The notes under the pieces: generated by a model
What the model saw: the letters and a program-made list of their open reading frames with translations, nothing else
What the model was told of the DNA's origin: nothing
Databases searched by the model: none
Shown: piece after piece, positions 23,359 through 33,063 of the stretch
Layout: every line of letters begins with the position of its first letter
Numbering within the stretch: the first letter of the stretch is position 1
Position numbers and translations under genes: made by a program
Source of the DNA: a virus
Length of the DNA: 64,000 nucleotides
IMG/VR virus record: IMGVR_UViG_3300031576_000007
Span: 1-64,000 of that record
Strand: one strand, 5' to 3'

Positions 23359-24156
23359 ATGAAGAATTTGATTACTATCTGTCTACTTTCATTGTCTTTA
23401 ATTGCCTGTAGTACAGAACAAGTTGATTTTACTCAACAAGGAACAAGTGGTAAAGACGGGGTAAATGGGACCAATGGTGCTAACGGTGTCGATGGGCAAG
23501 ACGGAGTTGATGGGGTTAATGGAAAAGATGGCCTAAACAGTATTTTTTCAATTTCTAATTTGGAGTCAGAGCAGGAAATCTGTTATTCTGGATCAGGGAT
23601 TATGATTTCGTCAGGTCTAGATGCTGATAAGGACAATGTTCTTGACCCAGAGGAAATTAATCCTGTGTCCGTTGCTTTTCTTTGTAACGGAGCTCCTGGA
23701 CCACAAGGTCCTCAAGGAGTAGCAGGACCAGCCGGAGCGGACGGAGAAGATGGAGCTAATGGCACCAATGGAACAAATGGGAGTAATGGTTCAGACGGGC
23801 AATCCTGTACTCTCCAAGATACAGAAGAAGGAGCACTTGTTACTTGTGGGGGAACACAGACTACAATCTATGATGGTCAGAACGGACAGGATGGGCAAGA
23901 CGGAGAAGATGGTACTGATGCTAATGCTGTGTTGACTTCTTATACTCTTACTAATAGTTGCCAGAATGTAGGAAATGGTTTCTATGCTAAGAAGTTTGGG
24001 TCAAATGCCAAGATTTATGACGATAATGATTGTGGTAATGATGACCTAGTTGCATCATTGGTTGAGAATTCAGATGAAGTGTTTATGACAAGTAATATTA
24101 TGTTTGTTGTGGAGGAAGGCCCATCTAGTGTAAAGTTGTATAAAGTAGTGTTCTAA
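23359..24156 (+). CDS. collagen-like (Gly-X-Y) lipoprotein
   Basis: AAGGAG RBS; lipobox LIAC; three G-X-Y tracts; DADKDNVLDPEE motif. Confidence 0.8.
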   Translation: MKNLITICLLSLSLIACSTEQVDFTQQGTSGKDGVNGTNGANGVDGQDGVDGVNGKDGLNSIFSISNLESEQEICYSGSGIMISSGLDADKDNVLDPEEINPVSVAFLCNGAPGPQGPQGVAGPAGADGEDGANGTNGTNGSNGSDGQSCTLQDTEEGALVTCGGTQTTIYDGQNGQDGQDGEDGTDANAVLTSYTLTNSCQNVGNGFYAKKFGSNAKIYDDNDCGNDDLVASLVENSDEVFMTSNIMFVVEEGPSSVKLYKVVF

Positions 24157-24388
24157 CAGAAAGCATCTTCCTTTATTGAGATAGATGCGTTTGCCGAGAG
24201 AGGCTGTGTTAATGGGGTCATAGCTCCTCTATAATAATTAAAGGACAAAATGACAAAAGAAAAGTATACATTCGTTGTGGAATCTGATAACTTTGAGCTA
24301 TTGAAAGAATTATTAAAGAGATTAGAAGCTGAAAATATAGGGAAACTAACTTATCTAGCTGTTGGGGATAAGGCAAAAAGGGGATAAT

Positions 24389-24994
24389 ATGAGGCTGGGC
24401 TACGACCTTGTAATTCTTGATTTAGAATTAAATAATCCTAACACGGGGCACGAATCCATAATAGAAATTGGAGCAGTAAAGCTACTAAGAGATGGTGGTA
24501 TTCATCCTTCTATGTTTCAGAGACTTATAAAAGTTCCAGAACCTATTAATCCTGAGATTGTTACTCTTTGCGGAATAACTGATGAAATGATAGCTGAGGA
24601 GGGCGTTCCCTTTCGACAAGCTATGGAAGAATTTAAAACGTGGGCTACTTCTGAGTCTAAGAACATTTTACTAGCCGCTTGGGGGAACGATGTTCCTTAT
24701 CTTATTCAATATTGCAAAGATAATTCTATTGATTTCCCTTTTCGAAGAAAAAGTATTGAATGTAAATCTATAGTCATTTGGCTTAATGCTATGTTTGACA
24801 GAAAATATAAGAGTGATGGTCTTGGGTCAAATCTTGATCAATGGCGAGTAGGTATGGATGAAACATATGGTAAGAAGCACAGAGCCCTCCCCGATTCCTG
24901 GAACACCGCGAGGCTACTTCAAGGGATATGGAACCATTTTAAAGAATATAGCGAAAATACAAAGAAGTCTTTAGCTCAATTGGGCATTAAGTGA
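24389..24994 (+). CDS. DEDDh 3'-5' exonuclease
   Basis: LDLE, IIEIGAV, WGND, HRALPD. Confidence 0.85.
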   Translation: MRLGYDLVILDLELNNPNTGHESIIEIGAVKLLRDGGIHPSMFQRLIKVPEPINPEIVTLCGITDEMIAEEGVPFRQAMEEFKTWATSESKNILLAAWGNDVPYLIQYCKDNSIDFPFRRKSIECKSIVIWLNAMFDRKYKSDGLGSNLDQWRVGMDETYGKKHRALPDSWNTARLLQGIWNHFKEYSENTKKSLAQLGIK

Positions 24995-25243
24995 ATGAAT
25001 AAGTTTATTCTGGGATTTATTTCAGGAATTATTTTGTTTTATACTATTTTTAATGTAGTATTAATTATAGATACATCGAACGAATACAACACTTGTATGT
25101 ATAAGAAAAAACAAAATTAAGATAATTCAGAGCGTATTCATACACTATGTTCTAATGAAGCTGAATATACTAAAAATAGTTATGTGTACTTTATAGCGTT
25201 CCCTGCTATTTTTGTAAGAAAGGATACTTACAAATGGTTTTAA
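24995..25243 (+). pseudogene. small membrane protein gene with internal TAA at 25118-25120
   Basis: N-terminal TM; frame stays open 40 codons past the stop and ends overlapping the next small ORF. Confidence 0.5.
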
Positions 25244-26393
25244 TCAAGAGATTAACCACAATTATAGTATGGATTCCCACGGTTATAGCTTGGACTATCT
25301 TTGTTTTAGGCTTTAAACTATTAGGGCGGATCGACGGAATAGGTAGGTCATGGAGCTTTCTAGGTGTATATTCTGATGATACATATTTAGGTAAATTATG
25401 AAAACTACAAAGAAAATAGAAATAGAAGTCATTGATACTATTATTTGTAATAAATGTGGAGTAGGCACATCTAGAGAAGATTTTACAGGATTAGAAGAGG
25501 TAAAAATTAAGGGGCATTTAAGCTCCAATGTTCTAACAGATGGAGTGGTATATACATTTAGTATTTGTGAGTATTGCATTAGCGGAATATTTGCCTTTTT
25601 TCTGTATTCTGCTGAGGAAGAAGAATATAACGATTTCATTACCCACCCTTGATATGAAATGCCCGAAAAAATATGGTTGTTATGATATTAGGATAGATGA
25701 TTGTCGTTATTGTAATGAAGGTTTACTCTATCAAACTTGCTCATGTTGTAAAAATACCCCAGCTTGTGCTGGGTGGAATGATTAAACAGGCCCAAAATGC
25801 TGTGGGTGCTACGAGTTAATACATGATCATAATTCTAAAAGTTGATATAATGCTGCCCGACCCTGGGAAACTTAAACCTTCCAGCGCAACTATACTTATT
25901 CCGTCAGGCACAAAAGTGTCAACTATAAATCCAAATTATGTGCCACAAGATACAAAAGTGTACCCTTTTAATTCTCAACTTTACGGAATAACGAAGCTTG
26001 ACAAAGAGTACTTTATATTTTATTATAGAGGGATGTTTGTAGCAGTAAGAAAAGAAGATTGTGAAATACCAAAATCTATAGATTGGGCGTATAACCTTTA
26101 AAGGAGTAGTTGTATTAATATGTATTTTGAATCCCACATAACTTGTGAAATCTCTTCATTAGAAGAACGTAAGGTGTTAGAAGCATTCGGGTTATTAACA
26201 CACTGGAAAACTAGTTGTATTGATAGAGACCCCATACTTGGGGATAGAGTGTTCTTTTATTTTACAAAACATAGTAAGAGTGGGGATGAGCTTATAGCGG
26301 AAACACAGGAATTTGCTAAAACAATACCAGGAAGAGTAATCAGGGAAAAGGTAGAACAAATTATTTATGATACAAAAGTAAAGAAGAGTTAAT

Positions 26394-26882
26394 ATGCAAG
26401 AAATAGAAGGGGATTTGTTTGAACAAAAATGGGCTAGCGCTATATGTATCACTACCAATGGATTTATAAAAAAAAATGGTTGTGCTGTTATGGGCAGAGG
26501 ATGTGCTAAAGAAGCTAGGGAGAGATTCCCAGGTATAGATTTAAAATTAGGTACAACTATTAGTATTAAAGGAAATCACGTTAATCATTTACTTACTATT
26601 ACTACACACTTAATTGATGAATCATCAGGATGGGGCGCACAAGATATTTATTCATTTCCTGTAAAAAAATATTGGTGGGATCAGGCAGACCTAACACTTA
26701 TCGAACAAAGTGCAAAAGAACTTGTTGATATAACAAATAAAAAAGGATATACTTCAGTAGTAATCCCAAGACCTGGATGTAATAATGGTAAAAGAGATTG
26801 GGAAACAGAAGTTAAACCTATACTAAACAGATTATTAGATGATAGATTTTACATCGTGAATTATGCCAAAGAAAATAAATGA
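26394..26882 (+). CDS. macrodomain (ADP-ribose binding/hydrolase) protein
   Basis: EGDLF, ITTNG, VMGRGCA, FPVK, PRPGCNNG. Confidence 0.8.
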   Translation: MQEIEGDLFEQKWASAICITTNGFIKKNGCAVMGRGCAKEARERFPGIDLKLGTTISIKGNHVNHLLTITTHLIDESSGWGAQDIYSFPVKKYWWDQADLTLIEQSAKELVDITNKKGYTSVVIPRPGCNNGKRDWETEVKPILNRLLDDRFYIVNYAKENK

Positions 26883-27089
26883 CTGGAATGAGGTGTGTAG
26901 AAAGTGTAATCAAAATACAGTACCTTTAATCGGGGTGTTAAGATACTGCCCTGTGTGTGAAGGTGACGAACAGTTTAACTCTAATGATCCTTACGGATTC
27001 AAGATCATAGATCTTCCAGAAATTGGAAGCCCTTTTGATAGGGATGAAGTTACTGTACCAATAACAGGGCCATTACATGGATATAAAAA

Positions 27090-27410
27090 ATGAATATTAA
27101 TGAAATAGCGGAAGAAGTTTACGAAGGAATGAAAAATAATGGTTTCTATCTTGGTGATAGAAGACCTTTAGAAGAATATGCACTATTCACTACTGAGATC
27201 GCCGAGGCAACCGAGGCTTGGAGAGGCGGTTTAGAGCCAGTGACAATTATTGATGGTAAACCAGAAGGTGAAGCTATTGAATTAACTGACTGTATAATGA
27301 GAATAATGGCTTATTTTGTAGTTAATAATTGGGATTTGGAAAAGATTCTTATAAAGAAACACGAATATAACAAAACAAGATCTAAGAATCACGGAGGTAA
27401 AAGAATATGA
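27090..27410 (+). CDS. MazG-like NTP pyrophosphohydrolase
   Basis: TEIAEATEAWR...ELTDCIMR...KHEYNKTR...HGGK. Confidence 0.75.
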   Translation: MNINEIAEEVYEGMKNNGFYLGDRRPLEEYALFTTEIAEATEAWRGGLEPVTIIDGKPEGEAIELTDCIMRIMAYFVVNNWDLEKILIKKHEYNKTRSKNHGGKRI

Positions 27411-27636
27411 AAAGCATTAAAGAGCGTGAAGCAAAAGGAACCGAAGGGTTTCTTATGAACGAAGTTGGGGATAAACCATATTTTAGAGTGTATAAAAGTA
27501 ACGGCGAATTTGTAGATTATGATATTTTTCATAGTGACCTTCAAATAACCGTTACTGATGATGATGCCTTTTTTAAAGGAGAAGATATAGCTGAACCTTA
27601 CTTAGATTACTCCAATAAAACGTTGGGGGAAGATTA

Positions 27637-27831
27637 ATTAAAAATATACATAATGTAGATACTCTTCCGAATGAGTGCCAAAATGATCCTAATCATGAAT
27701 ATTTCTTCAATGATGGAGATAATTATGATATTATAGAGAAGATAAATTACATGAATAATCTAGAAGGTATATTAGGTGTTGCTGGGTGTTACAATTGCGG
27801 GCATACTTGGTATATTCCTTATAAGGACTAA
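27637..27831 (+). pseudogene. 64-codon ORF lacking a canonical start (ATT where a TAATG overlap is expected)
   Basis: TAATT at the upstream stop; open frame with CYNCGH; absent from the ORF track. Confidence 0.4.
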
Positions 27832-27864
27832 AAACAATGGTTTCTATTTTTTGGAGGAGGATTT

Positions 27865-29904
27865 ATGGATATAGAATGGAAGAGATACCCGCATATCGAA
27901 CGACTTGATAGTCAAGAAGTAGAAGGTTTATTATTACTTCCAGAAATTTGGGTAGAGCCTAAAATCGACGGTTGTTTTGAATATGACACAAAAATTCTTC
28001 TTTCAGATGGTTCTTATAAAAACATAGGAACTATAGTAAATAAAAACTTAAATGTAGATGTTTTAAGTTATGATATAACTAAAAAAGAGCTTGTCCCACA
28101 AAAAATTATTGGTAAATTTAAATATAAGGCTGAACCATACGATTGGATGACCATAAAAGTTAAAGGAATTGTTGGTGATTTACAAAGTGGTGGCGGTAGG
28201 GATAAACACTTACGATGTACAAAAAATCATAAATTCATAACAAGTTTGACCCCCTTCCAAGAAACTATGGCTAAAGATTTAAAAAATAATGACGAAGTTT
28301 TTATTCCCCAAAAGTTCCCTTCTATGGTTCAATCTCAAGTAATACTGGGAACTTTATTGGGAGATGGCTTTGCTTATCCTAATAATAAAAACATTTATTG
28401 TAATGGAATTTGTTTTAGCCACAGCATAAAACAATTAGAATATTTAAAATTTAAAAAAACACTCCTTGGCGGGCTCTGGAAAACAGGAAAAGGGTATATA
28501 AGCAGGTATGGGTCAATCGTTATTAGATCTACTACAAAATGTAATAAAATTACTCAATTTCTCTATGAAAAGGTATACTTAAATAATAAAAAAAATATAA
28601 CTAAAAAATTATTATTAAACTTAAATTCTCTTGGATTGGCTATTTGGTACATGGATGACGGTTCGTTAGCCCATAGTCCTGCTCAACAGGACAGAGCGAT
28701 ATTCCATACCTCTGGTTTTCTTGATGATGAACAAAATATCATATGCCAATATTTTAATGATCATGGGTATAGGTCTAGTATACAAAATGCAGATGGGTAT
28801 AAAATTATTGTGCTAGACTCTATTGGAACTCAAAATTTATTTTCCGATATTGGACAATATATTATTCCAAGTATGCAATATAAATTATCTAAAAACTTTA
28901 GAGATCGATTTACCCCTATTAAAGATACTGAAAAAATTAATCCAAGCGGGTTAATAAAAAGAAAAATTATTGAAATAAAACCATATATTCTACCAGGGTA
29001 TAAACCAAAATCTAAATATAAATATGATTTAGAAATTGAAAATACACATCTTTATTTTGCTAACAATGTTTTGGTACACAATTCTAACGCGTCAGTATTA
29101 AGAAAGAACGGTTCTTTAAATGTTGCAAAAAGAAGCCAAATAATTGGAGAAGGTGATGATTTTAGAGGTCTCAAAACTCATATACAAACTAATGCCAACA
29201 ATTTCAATAAGTTTTTTGATAAACATCCTAATACTATAGTATACGGCGAATTTTTAATAAAACATACAATTGGCTTCTATCGTCCCCAGGCCTTTAACAA
29301 ATTTTATGCTTTTGATATTTTAGATTTAGAAACTAATAGATTTCTGAGGCCCGATACTAGAGTAGAGTTCCTTAAAGAATTTGATATAAATCTAGTCCCA
29401 CCCCTTGCAAAAATTAAAGGCCCTATTTCTGGCGATGATCACATAGAACGATTACAACAAATGGCTAATTCGAATAAATATCTTATTGATGAAACTGATA
29501 AAGTTGGAGAAGGTATCGTAATAAAGAGCTTCAATAATGATATTCCTTATACTAATAAGTATGGTAGAACTACTTGGGGTAAAATTGTTAGGCAGGAATT
29601 TAAAGAGGCCCACTCAGTTGAAATGGGTGTAGCAGATTTATCTTTTAAAGAACAGAAGGAACAAATTTTTTCTGAGATATTTGTAACTGAGGGTAGAATA
29701 GAAAAGATAAAGCAAAAAATAATGTTTGAGAAAGGTACTAGATGGGATTCTAAATATATTGGAGAATTATTGGGCAGAGTTTATAATGATGTGTTTACTG
29801 AAGAGCTTTGGGGATTCGTAAAAAAGGAAAAAATTGTAAATATAAATTTTAAGACCCTTAATCAAATGGTTATAATAAGAACTAAACAGATTTTAGGCTT
29901 ATAG
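27865..29904 (+). CDS. RNA ligase (Rnl2-like nucleotidyltransferase), intein-containing
   Basis: motif I EPKIDG|intein|SNAS, YGEF, FYAFDI, EGIVIK, GK. Confidence 0.85.
   Translation: MDIEWKRYPHIERLDSQEVEGLLLLPEIWVEPKIDGCFEYDTKILLSDGSYKNIGTIVNKNLNVDVLSYDITKKELVPQKIIGKFKYKAEPYDWMTIKVKGIVGDLQSGGGRDKHLRCTKNHKFITSLTPFQETMAKDLKNNDEVFIPQKFPSMVQSQVILGTLLGDGFAYPNNKNIYCNGICFSHSIKQLEYLKFKKTLLGGLWKTGKGYISRYGSIVIRSTTKCNKITQFLYEKVYLNNKKNITKKLLLNLNSLGLAIWYMDDGSLAHSPAQQDRAIFHTSGFLDDEQNIICQYFNDHGYRSSIQNADGYKIIVLDSIGTQNLFSDIGQYIIPSMQYKLSKNFRDRFTPIKDTEKINPSGLIKRKIIEIKPYILPGYKPKSKYKYDLEIENTHLYFANNVLVHNSNASVLRKNGSLNVAKRSQIIGEGDDFRGLKTHIQTNANNFNKFFDKHPNTIVYGEFLIKHTIGFYRPQAFNKFYAFDILDLETNRFLRPDTRVEFLKEFDINLVPPLAKIKGPISGDDHIERLQQMANSNKYLIDETDKVGEGIVIKSFNNDIPYTNKYGRTTWGKIVRQEFKEAHSVEMGVADLSFKEQKEQIFSEIFVTEGRIEKIKQKIMFEKGTRWDSKYIGELLGRVYNDVFTEELWGFVKKEKIVNINFKTLNQMVIIRTKQILGL
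27973..29082 (+). mobile_element. intein (370 aa) with LAGLIDADG endonuclease
   Basis: CFEYDT, CTKNHKF, GTLLGDG, WYMDDG, VLVHN|S. Confidence 0.9.
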
Positions 29905-30044
29905 AGGAAAGAATGACTAAACTAGAATTGTTGGATTTACGGATTAATGGTATGATAGAGGCTGCTAGATTTTTAGGTCAATGTGGTAAATTGACTGAAA
30001 TGAGAGGCTTTAATTATATTAGAGCTTTGGAAGATGTAAAGAAC

Positions 30045-30073
30045 TTGCTCTATTCCCCCGAATTTGGTATAAT
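30045..30073 (+). promoter_or_regulatory. sigma70-like promoter
   Basis: TTGCTC-17 bp-TATAAT with TGn extension, upstream of the free-standing LAGLIDADG gene. Confidence 0.5.
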
Positions 30074-30143
30074 GGATGACAGATGGTAAGTATTTCCTCA
30101 TTACAAATATAAAAGATACGGAAAATAGGAGTAAGAAAAAATA

Positions 30144-30623
30144 ATGGCACATATCCTGAATGAATATTTAGCTGGGGTTGCTGATTCAGATGGATCATTT
30201 ACATTTCCGAAACATAAGCGAAGTAATAATCCAAATGGATACACATTTAGACCTGCCTTCCAGCTTACATGGAAGTATAGTGACCATTCCTTAAGTGTGT
30301 TTAAGGATTTGAAAAAAAAATATAAAGGAAGTTTTTATATTGGGAGAAGTCATTCAGGATATAATAAAACTAAATCAAAAATAATTAAATACTACGTCCA
30401 AGGACAATCTTTGATTGATTTATGCAAAGATATTGTTCCTTTTTTACGACTAAAAAAGAAACAGGCTAAATTAATTTTGGAACACTGGAAATCAGTTAAA
30501 CCGAGAGGAACGTGGAACCAGTGGCACAAAAAGCCAAAATTAATTTATAATAAAGAAAATGATTTATACAAAAAATTTTATAAATTAAATACTAAAAATA
30601 AAAGGAAAAGATATGCACACTAA
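30144..30623 (+). CDS. free-standing single-motif LAGLIDADG homing endonuclease
   Basis: YLAGVADSDGSF; PFLRLKKKQA. Confidence 0.85.
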   Translation: MAHILNEYLAGVADSDGSFTFPKHKRSNNPNGYTFRPAFQLTWKYSDHSLSVFKDLKKKYKGSFYIGRSHSGYNKTKSKIIKYYVQGQSLIDLCKDIVPFLRLKKKQAKLILEHWKSVKPRGTWNQWHKKPKLIYNKENDLYKKFYKLNTKNKRKRYAH

Positions 30624-31006
30624 ATCCCCAAGCGGAGAAGAGTGGTTTTTTTTTTGATGTAGATGACACATTGGTAATGTGGCCAAAAAGAAAAGACACA
30701 AACTTTAAACCTGATGTTACGATTAGGAATCCTTATTACACTGGTGACCCCTACACGCTAGATAAACCAGAGTTTGCCCTAAAAAGACACAAAAAACACA
30801 TTGAAGAGTTAAAATCTTTTAAGCTACAAGGTAATACTGTGGTAGTATGGTCAAAGGGAGGACGCCCTTGGGCACTAGAAGTCATAAAAGCACTTGAACT
30901 AGAGGCATTTGTGGATCATGTTCTCCAGAAACCAGATATTCTTTATGATGATGAACACCATAAATACTGGTTTCCAATGCTTCCTAGATGGCGTAAGGAT
31001 GAGTAA
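30613..31006 (+). pseudogene. minimal HAD protein, apparently frameshifted at a T10 tract (30646-30655)
   Basis: motif I FDVDDTL lies upstream of the ORF-track start (30671) and is out of frame with the RBS-preceded ATG at 30613; WSKGG, KP, YDD follow. Confidence 0.55.
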
Positions 31007-31319
31007 ATTTAAAGAAGAGGATACTAAATGAAGATTAAAGAATTTCTTAAAAATATTGAAGGTATAAATCCTGAAACGGAACTTTCTTTTTTACAAGATG
31101 ATGGTTGTTGCGGGGATATCTTTGAGTTAGGAGACCTGTATGAAATTGATCATTTGGATCTCCATAAAAATCCTGAAAAAAATAATGTTTCTGTAAGGTT
31201 TTACCCGTATGATTTTACAGCTTCTTGTATAGGTTCTAGCGCGGCAAAACAAGCAGGCAATTCCCGCCCTTTAAAATATGAAGTAGAAAAATTAAACAAA
31301 ATTGAAAAGATATGTAAAA

Positions 31320-31985
31320 ATGAGTAATGTAAGACTAATTTCGATAACAAAACCAGAAATAACTCTTAATGATAAACATCTTACACCAGAAGACTTAATA
31401 GTGTATTGTGCTAGAGTATCTAGCCCCAAAAATCAAGAGAATACAGGAACGGGGCAGAAGTTATTAGAGTATTGTATATCCAACAAGCATTGGTCTATAT
31501 TTGAGATGGTTAATATGTGTGTAGAAATTATAACTAGCAGGGCTATATCTGCACAGATATTGAGGCATAAATCTTTCTCCTTCCAAGAGGCTAGCCAAAG
31601 GTATTCAGAAGTTCAAAATTTTGAAATTTATGAAGCCAGACGACAGGACCTAAAAAATAGACAAAATAGTGTGGATAATCTATCTGTAGAAACAAAAGAG
31701 TGGTTTGATAAAGCTCAAAATGATATAATAATTAAGTCTAATGAGTTATATTCAGAAGCTTTAAATAAAGGCATAGCTAAAGAGTGTGCAAGATTTCTTC
31801 TTCCTCTAAATACTAAAACAAAACTCTACATGAATGGTAGTATAAGGAGCTGGATTCATTACTTAGATCTAAGAACAAGTAATGGGACGCAGCTTGAACA
31901 TAAAGACATTGCTGAAGAGATAAAAGAGATATTTATTATTAATTTCCCACTTATTTCGAAAGGGTTAAAATGGGAGACACGGTAG
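31320..31985 (+). CDS. thyX: flavin-dependent thymidylate synthase
   Basis: [34 protein letters not shown]. Confidence 0.92.
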   Translation: MSNVRLISITKPEITLNDKHLTPEDLIVYCARVSSPKNQENTGTGQKLLEYCISNKHWSIFEMVNMCVEIITSRAISAQILRHKSFSFQEASQRYSEVQNFEIYEARRQDLKNRQNSVDNLSVETKEWFDKAQNDIIIKSNELYSEALNKGIAKECARFLLPLNTKTKLYMNGSIRSWIHYLDLRTSNGTQLEHKDIAEEIKEIFIINFPLISKGLKWETR

Positions 31986-32143
31986 AAAAAATTCAATTAG
32001 AAAAACTAATAATTTTTCTGGTGTCAAAAGGAATAGTATCTCAAGGGAAATTATCTAGTATTGTGGGAATTTCACGTTCTGAATTCATATAAAAATATTC
32101 TAATTGTATTGCTCTTGTAGAGGAACAATTAAGTAGTGAATGA
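31970..32143 (+). pseudogene. small HTH-like gene with internal TAA at 32090-32092
   Basis: SQGKLSSIVGISRSEFI*KY...; read-through ends in a TGA overlapping the next gene's start. Confidence 0.5.
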
Positions 32144-32819
32144 ATATAAATTTAAAAGTAAATACAAAAAAAATGTGTGTTTGGATTGCCCTAAGAGAAT
32201 CCCCTGTGCCTCGGCGGATTCTATATGCGATCTGATTTCTCCATGTCAAGTGTGTGAAATAAAAGATATATGCACCTCTTTATGTGATCAAATGGGGGGA
32301 TATCTTAATAGAGGAAAAACAAAAACAGTAAAAACTGTTTCTATAGAGAATGAAAGATTAGAGAGTCTTTATTCTTTTAAAGTTGCGCAGAGGAAACAAG
32401 AGAAAACTATAGTAAGAGAAAAGTTTTCATTTATAGACATCCCTTGGGATGTTATTTCAAAAAGAGATAAAGAAATAGTCCAAAAACATTTCATAGAAGA
32501 TAAGAGCTACGAAGATATAGCCAAAGAATTTAATCTTGGGTCTCAAGCTACTGTTTATGAGATAATTCATGGGACGGGGGATAAACACTCAAGAGGAGCT
32601 TTAAGAAAGTTACAAGAATTTGCCGAGTATAGAAGATTATTAAGAAAATATGGAAGATTTCTATCTACCTCCGTGTATAATACTCTGACAAGTTATTATA
32701 CTAATTGTTTCTCTATAGAAGAAACAAGAATAGCTGATGAAAGCTATAAACAGGCGTATAATAGATTTTTGAAGGCTAAAAAATTAATAGACAAGTTTAA
32801 AGGAGTTGAACGTGACTAA
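32136..32819 (+). CDS. Cys-rich protein with sigma70 region-4-like HTH
   Basis: two CxxCx5C units; ISKRDKEIVQKHFIEDKSYEDIAKEFNLGSQATVYE. Confidence 0.6.
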   Translation: MNEYKFKSKYKKNVCLDCPKRIPCASADSICDLISPCQVCEIKDICTSLCDQMGGYLNRGKTKTVKTVSIENERLESLYSFKVAQRKQEKTIVREKFSFIDIPWDVISKRDKEIVQKHFIEDKSYEDIAKEFNLGSQATVYEIIHGTGDKHSRGALRKLQEFAEYRRLLRKYGRFLSTSVYNTLTSYYTNCFSIEETRIADESYKQAYNRFLKAKKLIDKFKGVERD

Positions 32820-33063
32820 AGTGGAGTTTACTGAATTTCTTGCTGAGCTAATTACAGAAGTTAAGGAATTAGATACAGTTGATGAAGTGATTGATCTTTT
32901 GAATGAGAGATTAGATGCAGATATAGAAGATATAGGTATACAAAAGGAACTTAAATTCAGAGAGTCATTATCTAGAGAAAATGAAGATCCAGACTATGAA
33001 TCAGAACTTGAATCAATAGAAAAAGATTTTGAGAATGATTTTTAATAATATTCGGGGGATTTA

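Noticed and set aside
23440-23930. DNA tandem repeat or DGR template
   Set aside because: Periodicity is explained by Gly-X-Y codons; no reverse transcriptase in the window
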